Source of the DNA: Chrysomallon squamiferum
Lineage: Eukaryota; Animalia; Mollusca
Reading direction: 5' to 3'
Assembly (NCBI GenBank): GCA_012295275.1
Contig: CM022673.1
Span: forward strand, 6,324,001 to 6,388,000
DNA length: 64,000 bases
The notes below the pieces were generated by a model. The model had not been told where the DNA came from, made no database searches, and saw only the letters and a list, made by a program, of their open reading frames with translations. The position numbers were made by a program, and so were the translations under genes. Positions 42,838-64,000 of the stretch are shown here, piece after piece. The stretch's first letter is position 1. Each line of letters starts with the position of its first letter.

Positions 42838-43564
42838 TTTTGGCATAGGATTTTGAATTTTATCTCCAAATTTTTATCTGATTTTACAACATAATAACTT
42901 AAATTAATGTATCGGTTACTAAGTGCACTTCATGAAGGCTTTAACTCAATGCTTACCTTTATTATTTTTGACTCGTTGCTCAGTCGAATATTAACGCATT
43001 TTCCCCATCTAGCCAATATCCAAACATTTATATGTCAAAGATCGAATATTAACGCATTTTTCCCATCTAGCCAATATCCAAACATTTATATGTCAAAGAT
43101 CATTGACTTTGTATATGATTAGTTGATTAATGGTAACTGAAATTCAAAGAGAGCCTCATATAACGGTTTCCTTTTTATACAAACGATAACTTTAGAAGCT
43201 TTAAAAAGCTGATAAATGTTAATTCTGAATTAACTTTGTTGAGCTGACGATAAAAAACAGCATTCATTCGTTCGTTCGTTCGTTCGTTCGTTGATCAAAA
43301 ATGTATAGATAAAATTTTGTATAAAATAATACTGAATTCTAAATGTAATTTTGCAATTATTTTTAAACGATCACCAAAAGTAGTTTTTACTGTATTCGCT
43401 GTTGATGGTTGTCTTTTGTGATGTTTGTTATGGTGATGATGGTAGTGATTGTGGTAGCAATAATAGTTGCAGTGGTAAAAGTTATAGTAATAATAGTATA
43501 AGCAGTATGGAAATAATAGTAACACCAGCAATGGTCATAGCAGAACAGTACCAGTAACAATAGC

Positions 43565-43595
<31 letters not shown>

Positions 43596-45055
43596 CTAGT
43601 AGACGGAGTGGTAGAAGTAAAAGCAGTGGTAGTAGCAACAGCAGCAGCAGTAGCAATAACAACAGTAATAGTAACAGAAGCAGTAGTAATACTAGTATTA
43701 GTAGTAACAGTATTAGTAACATTAGCATTAGCAGTACTAGTTTAGTAAATTTTACTATTAACAGTATAGGTACCGGTGTAAGACGTATAACATGAACTAT
43801 ACAATCACGTCACTTGATAACGTTACAACAGTAACAATACAGTGAGAATCTTGGTCACGGTCGTCGAGCTAGATTCTGTTTTATGGTCATGTTTGTGTTT
43901 AGCACACAGCGCGTTTGTTATCACTGTGATTAGACCAATAAATCAAGCTAGGTCAACAAAGGTTCCATTCAAAAACTCATAAGGGTTTACTCTCACTTCC
44001 TCAACAGTATTTTAAAACACACCTTCTCGTTATTGCAAATACCTGGAGATCCTGAGATACGTTAGATATTTGTGTTAAATTATTTCTCATATATATTTTT
44101 TCTTATGTTCATGTTACAAAATTAGATGTCATTTTAATATGTTGATGAGAAAGATGATTTTGAAAAATAGTATGGGGACAAATGTGCATATCAGTAGAAG
44201 TTGAAGTTGTTTCTTCATTATGAAACGAGAAAATAAATAAAGTAGTAGTAGTAATAGTAGAAGCTGTATCAGTAGAAGTAGTAGTAATAATAATAGCTTT
44301 AATAGGACCTGTTGTTGTTGTAGTAATAGTAGTAGTAGTAGTCTAGTGTAACTAGTAACAGTAACAGTTACTGTAGTAATAATAGTTGTTGATGTTGTAG
44401 TTATTATTGTCGTTGTAGTTGTAGTAGTAGTAGTAACAGAAGTAGTAATAATAAAGATGATGCAGTTATAACAGCAGTATAACTATTTTTCAGCATGTAA
44501 TATCAATTATTGTTGGCATCGATGTTCTTTTTCGTCATTTTATTAGTATCTTCTAATTTTTATCGTTATCTTTATCATTAGACATAAATGAAATAGTATT
44601 AATAATAATAATATCACCTTTTTAAGTTTATAAAAAAAAAAAAAAAAGAATAAAATGTAGTCCTTCCGTCGTACCAGTAATAAATCTCGAAAATATTCTC
44701 ACCGGTTTTCGTGAATCAAAGACCTTAATCATATTTATTACATCTCTTTAACAGAAGACCTGGCCTTTATGCTGGATTCTGTGTAATCTTTGATGGTTCG
44801 ATAAAAGGATTAAATCTGTAATAATTAAACATTACATAAAGTATTCGTTTTCTTTGATGTCTGGGTTTGATCGTTGAACAATGGCCCAGCCTAGCTCTGC
44901 GGGTTCCCGGTGGCAGCCATGATGGATGACCCGCAGTAAACACCATCCAGCAGCCGCAGATTTAAATTTATTTTATTAATTATTACTAAGGAAATTAAGA
45001 TTAATGTCTGAAAGGGTACATTAAAAAAAAAAAAAAAAAACTTTTCTCATATTCT

Positions 45056-45115
<60 letters not shown>

Positions 45116-45850
45116 TTTTTTACTGGTGTGTTTTGTGTTGTATAAATGGTGAAACGAAAAGCGTAAAGCAAGGATTGCAACATGGAAGTGCTTCTCTGTT
45201 AGCAGCTATTACTACTATTACTACTACCTGTACCACATACTATTATCAATAAACAACCAACCAAACAAACATACAAACATACAAACAAACAAATAAATAA
45301 ATAGTTAAATAAATAATTGAATCAATAAATCAATCAATCAAATCGAATATGCGCATTTTCTGGCTATTATATGAAATGAAAGTTTATTTATTTTTCTAAT
45401 TTATTTATATTATATATTTGATTGTTTGTTTAGTTGTTGTTGTTGTTTTTTGTTTTGTTTTATTTGTTTGTTCGTTCGTATATCTGTATGTTTATTTATT
45501 TATTTATTTATTTATTTTATTTTATTTTATTTTATTTAAAGATCTGCGGATATCGCGAGTGTCACGTGACCACGAAGACCCCTCTGACGACAATATACAT
45601 TTTGATTCAGGTGCCTGCAGTCCGAACAGCGATTTTGTAAATTCAGGATCAGAACGCGAGTCTTGTTCTGGAACGGGCGACAGAAAGATCTACGTTGACT
45701 CAGGTAATCATACAAGTCTGTGTGATGCTCTAATTCATCCACTGACCTTAAGGTTCTGGGATCTTATCACAATAACTGCTACAATCTTATTTTAACTTCG
45801 AAAGTTTATGATCACCCAAACCTATTATTATTATTGTATTATTATTATTA

Positions 45851-45899
<49 letters not shown>

Positions 45900-47514
45900 A
45901 TTATTGATGTTGATGTTGTTGTTGTTGTTGTTGAAGTTATTATTATTTTATTTTTTTTGTTACTGATTTTCTTCTTCTTTTACAAATGATAATATTTTGA
46001 ACGACATCCCAATATATTTTTATATTAACAATTGCTAGATTAGATAATACTGATTTTGTAACTGTCGCAGTATCCGCGAAGGAAATAAAATATAATATTT
46101 TTTTACCATCTCATGTCATATATTACATGTATTTGTTTCCAGTTATGTTGTCAGGAATTATATTTTCTTATACTTTCGTTAGTTTAAAAATATACGTTGT
46201 GCATAAATTGAAAACAAATATTGTATGTTATCATCATTATCATTATCTGTATTTATCGAAAACTCTGTTTTGACACTGTTCTTTATATTATGATTTATAT
46301 GCAAGCGAATGGACCATTAAGAACTACAAATATTACAAATAACCGGTTTGAACAGAGGGAAAGGATAGATTTTGAATATAACCTTCTCGAATATGTGGTT
46401 AGAAGATCAGTTTCGTATGTTTATTTAGTGTTATTACTCTTTCTTCCCACCACAGAATCAAACATTCCCACAAAGAAACGGCGATTCAGAACTACGTTTT
46501 CGTCAGACCAGCTAAAAGCTCTGGAGAAAATATTTCAAATAACACACTACCCGGATGTAAACACACGTGATGAGTTGTCTCAGAAGACAGGCCTGTCCGA
46601 GGAAAGAGTTCAGGTGAGAAAGAAATAGAGAAACGGGGATCAAATCTCGCTAGTGGATATCGTACATAGTTAATATGGGAAATCATAATTCTTAGGTATT
46701 AAATGTAATAAATTATCTGATACAATGAATTAGAAAGTGACATTATCACTGCTTTGGACACTTGTCTATGACAGGCGTGCTTAGATCTTTAGAGAATTTC
46801 AACACGTTTCAAATGATTAATATAATAGTCCGGATGATGGTAAATATATCTTTGATATAAAACTCTTCTGAGCCAAATAAATGTACAATTAAATTATAAC
46901 AATTAAATTAATAAAATTTTCCCTTTTTTTTTTTTTTTTTTTTTTTTTTTCAGATTTGGTTTCAAAATAGACGTGCCAAATGGAGGAAGCATGAAAAACT
47001 AGGAAATTTCGGCGGTCTTCAGGATTTAAAAGAAGTCGACTTCGTACCAGCCCCCAAAACAGTTTTACGCCTGGATGACGATTCTGTGAGTTCATTCTTT
47101 AGAGTTGTCGTCGTTGCTGTTTAAGCGTGATCACTGCTGTTTGTTTATTTATTTATTTATTTATTTATTTACTTACTTACTTAATCGGTATCATCAACAT
47201 ATCGTTAGCTCATTTTTGCTTTGATCTTTCATTCATTACTTTAATATTTATTACAGAAATTTTCAAGAAAACAGGAGAAACCCGACACGTTGGAACTGTC
47301 AAAACCGAACGATCTGATGTCCCGAACTGTGAGCATCGTGCCTCCGCCATATGCATTCTACTCGCCATTTCTTGGTCTTCAGCCATTTTTATATTACCCG
47401 CCCGGCCCTACCGGAACTACGTCACAGGCGAAACGATCCGATAGTCTGACGACACTGAGACTGAAAGCCAGAGAACACGAGGCCGCACTTGAAATGCAGT
47501 ACATGTACAAATAG
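41052..47514 (+). CDS. Isx: PRD-class Q50 homeobox transcription factor, Isx-like, 313 aa
   Basis: Exons 41052-41283, 45542-45703, 46456-46613, 46954-47085, 47257-47514, all GT-AG and phase-consistent. Homeodomain [46 protein letters not shown]|[14 protein letters not shown] has the classic PRD intron between codons 46 and 47. EKIFxxTHYPD and the following KLGNFGGLQ resemble Isx as recalled. N-terminal eh1 FKHSIDSIL; C-terminal [21 protein letters not shown] class is secure; the family call is less so. Confidence 0.8.
42984..43101. repeat. 58-bp tandem duplication in homeobox intron 1
   Basis: tcgaatattaacgcatttt(c/t)cccatctagccaatatccaaacatttatatgtcaaaga at 42984 and 43042, one mismatch. 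Confidence 0.9.
44700..45020. promoter_or_regulatory. Candidate intronic enhancer
   Basis: Non-repetitive island with TAATC/GGATTA sites, Sox-like aacaatgg and Fox-like gtaaaca. Confidence 0.3.
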
Positions 47515-48005
47515 CCGGGCTACCTCATCCGTTTGTTACATTGCTGGGTGACATACTGTAACCTCTGACGATTTTCTTAAAGCCAAAAAGTTATTTTATA
47601 AATTCAGGAAGAAGCCATCGTAGAGAAGTTGAACTTGAAACACGGTGCACACTCCCGTCAAATCCATCCATTTGTTTTTTTTATTTTGTTTCCGATGATA
47701 ATTCATATCTGCGCATGCATAAAAATAGTGTCTAAGTTGTGTAAAATTTATACTGTCACTTTTTTTTTTGTTTCTTCTAGTGCTTGAAATTCGATTTAAT
47801 GAATGATAAATCGATTTATGGATGAATTATTATTATTATTATTTTTTTTTTTATTATTATTTTTTTTTTAATACTTTCGTTGAAATTATTTATTTACTTA
47901 TTTTTTTATTATTGTTATTATTGTTATTTTATTAACTTATTTACTTGCTTTTTTATTATTAATCATTATTTTTACTACTACTACTATTACTACTACTACT
48001 ACTAC

Positions 48006-48059
<54 letters not shown>

Positions 48060-48430
48060 TATTATTATTACTACATTATTATTATTAATGTATGGTAGTA
48101 ATATATACTCTATATATTGTTTTGATTTGTTTTTATAAATCTCTACCTCATTCCTCACTGGTGTAATAACAAGTAATATGAAGTATTATCAGCATGATAT
48201 GTATTTTTCACTGTAAACTATAATTGGCTATAAGTATATGTGTGTGTGTGTGTGTGTGTATAATTATATACACTGTGGTATTTATACTGATAAAAATAAT
48301 AAATATTTTAAATTATGTACGACGGTATAAATTAAGAATATAATAATAATAAGAAGAAGAATAATGGTAATGGTAATTATTGTAATTATAATTATAATAA
48401 TAAAAATAACAACATCATCAACAACAGTAA

Positions 48431-48465
<35 letters not shown>

Positions 48466-49229
48466 ATAATAATAATAGTAATAATAATCAGTTGTGAATT
48501 AAATGTTTTGATACGTTTCTTAACGATTAATCCTTCATATGCACATAAATATAAAATGTGCCTTCTCATAGACAGGAGATACAGACTAGATCCTTTGAAA
48601 TACTTGTCAGTCTGGTATGTGAATAACTCAGCATTGAACTGCAAAGATTTGATCCCGTAGATGTTCGTTTTTCAAGTAAACACACGCCTCTAACGTTCAG
48701 TACTCTAATTAAAATATAAACTGATTTGATATTACATTGAATAATGGATTATCTGAAAAAGTTATGACTATGCGAATTGCTTGGTCTTTATTACAAGTTT
48801 AGAAATTAATTAATGATACACGTATTGTATAGTTTATGCATCGTCTTTATTACCAGCAAATGTCACTAATCAAACAGAGAGTTGTTTTCTGTTGGAAACA
48901 AATTTAATCGTTAGAACTAAACTAATATAGTTATCACCACTGACCTGAGGTTAAAAAAAAAAATAATAATAAATAATGTTAGAACTTATGGAATGTATTA
49001 ATTTTATTCATTAGAAATGTTATTTTATTTTATTTATCAGTCATGTATTGATTTTATTTAGTTAAAAATAAAATATAATTTAATTTAATTATAATATATG
49101 ACCAATGAAAGACAGTTTTCTTTACTTTTCTTCATTTTGAAAAAAACAAAATTGTGACGTCAAAACTGAAGTATGCGGAAGACGGTGAAAAGAACCTAAC
49201 AGGGTTAGAAAGGGAGTAACATCCATAAT

Positions 49230-49310
<81 letters not shown>

Positions 49311-50143
49311 CACAATAATAATATAAAAAACAACACAAAAAACAACCAAAAAAATACAAAATGCAGATAAACGAAATATTTATTTATTTATTTTTATTTG
49401 ATACCGAAAACAATTGAATAAATAAATTCGATATCACATTCCAAAAGTTATATATCACAGATATTTTTTTTTTTTTAGTATAACTACTTTTTCTTTTTTC
49501 TTCATTTTTTTTCTTCCATAAAATATACAGCCATTATAGTTTCAAATATAAAACTTACATACAGCAAATCAAAATTATCACAAAATATATATATCCCAAA
49601 ATTGACTATATAAATAGCTATTGCGTCGTTGTCATAGTAACCACAGGTATTTTCTTATCTGTTTAAATGTTACCAAATAAGCTATATAAACATGACATAT
49701 GAGAAAATTCACAATTTATTAAATTTGTGTTTCAAATGAAAAACAACTTGATTATAATGTAATTTAAAAACTAAATCAAAATCAGTGAACCGTAAATATA
49801 TATATATATATGTTAAGACACGAAGTCTGTTTACGGTATATTTCTAAACATGAAAAGTGGTTTTGGTTCAAATACCCAGAGAGTCATATCAGTATGTGTT
49901 AAGATGCCCCGTGAAAAATAAATACGTAAACCAAGGCAGCATTAAAATAATTATCAACTGCTGACGTCATAGATACCGGACTGAAAGATATATTCTATAA
50001 GTCAATAGAAGTGTGAGTTAACTGTTAAAAATAAACACGAAGAAAACAAAAAATATATATAAATTAAAATTAAAATAATTCACACAAACTTACATCATAC
50101 AATAACGGGTTTTTTGAGCATAGACACAAGATGAAATTAATTA

Positions 50144-50174
<31 letters not shown>

Positions 50175-50628
50175 CACTATAAAGTAAATTGATTATTAAG
50201 AAAGAATCGAATCACTTTGAAAATAAATGAAGATTTCCTATCACAGATAGACATATTTTGGCAACAGTTGTAAATAAGACCTTGGAAGGCTGGCTTCCCA
50301 AACGTACATGATTAATTTGGGAAATCGTTCTTGAATAAAAATCACAGTTTGTGGCATAATGATAACAAGGTCATTATATATGTGTGAATAGTTTGACCTG
50401 GTTAACTGTTTTGCAAAATCCATTTTCCGAAATAATTATCTTATTAATTTTATCTTTAGAACGAAGCAGTATTAATTACATGTCGAGGCAAAATCGAGAT
50501 GGAGGGGAGATTAGAATCTGATATAACGTACGTAAAATGAGACCAGATCCTTTTTCATTCCAAATCCCGAGAAGATTATCGTATATCTTTTGTTGATAAA
50601 ATGTTGATGTTTGACTTTTGCATCTTAT

Positions 50629-50663
<35 letters not shown>

Positions 50664-50948
50664 AGGTTCTATCCAAACGAAAAGATTGAAATTCAGATTT
50701 TTGAAACGTTTATTTTCTGTGACCTGACTTTAATATCGCCCCAAGAGTTTGGATATTTTTAAATACTGTCTTATATCATAAAGTGTTACCAGTATTCACC
50801 ATCTCGGGCATTTTGTACTCTTCATTTGATCAACAGGCCTATTCATGTATGTCTTTAGATAGTTATCTGAGAAATATTATGCCCCCTGATCGGTGAAAAC
50901 AACAAACATATCCTCACTAAACGTCAATCGGGAAATATCAAAGATTGT

Positions 50949-63099
<12,151 letters not shown>

Positions 63100-63366
63100 C
63101 TGCAAATAAATAAACAAGCTAATAAATAAACAAACAAATAAATAAATACATAATCTTTCAACATAATGGAAACACATATACCATTTATATTCTCTCATCT
63201 TTCTTGCTTTTGATTTTATTTTTATTTATTTTGTATTTATTTATTTTTTGTTTTATTAATTTTTTTTTTTCGACAATATTTATTTTTCCATCCGCATGAA
63301 TTCAGTTTTAATGAACTTGAAGATCAACAAAAATGAAGTGAATTTGTTTTTGTCGTTTAAAAATAA

Positions 63367-63397
<31 letters not shown>

Positions 63398-64000
63398 ATA
63401 GAAATTCGTTTTACTGTTGTAATAATTTTTGTATTTATAGAGCAAAAATGTTTTCAATATAAATGAAAATAGTTTTACGTTTGTCTGGTACATTTGTGAT
63501 TTGTGGCAGACATTTATTATTTGAGTTTGTATCTGTGAGTCCATATACATCTACTCGTATATTAAAATAAAAAGCTTTTGCTTTCATTAATGTGCGTATG
63601 CTTATTAAATAACTAAATATGTATGTGGATGTATTTTATTTAATAACCATATTTCATATCTGTACAAACGGGAACAATTTCAAAGAAATGTCCAGCTGCC
63701 ATTAATCTTTTATGAATAAAGAAGCACAAAATTAGTTCAGGTTATTCCGAATATGGGATATAAATTCAGAAAGAGAAGAACATTTTATAAAGTAATTATC
63801 TCTGTAGTTACTATATCTATCTATCTATCTGTTATTGTCTGTCTGTCTATCTATCTATCTATCTATCTGTGTGTCTGTCTGTCTGTATGTCTATCTATCT
63901 ATCTTATTATATATATTTATATATATATTAGCCAGAGCATATTTAAATAAAAGATTTATTTTTTATCAACTCGGGTTGTATATTAGAGAATGTGAATGTA

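Noticed and set aside
46221-46455. N-terminal part of the 135-aa homeobox ORF
   Set aside because: Intronic; the acceptor cacag| precedes 46456.
43295-48660. Poly-L, poly-Y and poly-I ORFs (43387-43728, 47880-48098, 48282-48660)
   Set aside because: Trinucleotide microsatellite (TAG/TAT/TAC) artefacts.

Overview
AT-rich, microsatellite-dense eukaryotic DNA with GT-AG introns. Gene content and the mosaic CpG pattern suggest an invertebrate bilaterian, probably a mollusc (inference). I reconstructed four spliced genes by hand, with consistent exon phases. (1) A 248-aa TNF-receptor-like type I membrane protein with one cysteine-rich domain and no death domain (+, 11856-15908), apparently with a ~5 kb 3' UTR. 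(2) CCDC91 (-, 31688-24490, 13 exons, 544 aa), convergent with it. (3) A 313-aa PRD-class homeobox gene most like Isx, with an eh1/octapeptide and an OAR motif (+, 41052-47514). (4) A 5'-incomplete NWD-type STAND protein (DUF4062/TIR-like, NACHT, WD40; -, >63099-50949). Its reading frame is broken at five points, four of them an A4 where A5 is needed. There is also a probable signal-peptide first exon of a fifth gene running off the left edge, several DNA-transposon remnants (Tc1/mariner, pogo/Tigger, possibly hAT), SINE-like relics, a 25-bp minisatellite and candidate enhancers. Most short ORFs in the track are microsatellite artefacts. No CRISPR, rRNA or intact tRNA genes were seen. Nothing here is a demonstrably new biological system. 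The best leads are the NWD frameshift pattern (most likely assembly error) and the Isx-like gene architecture.
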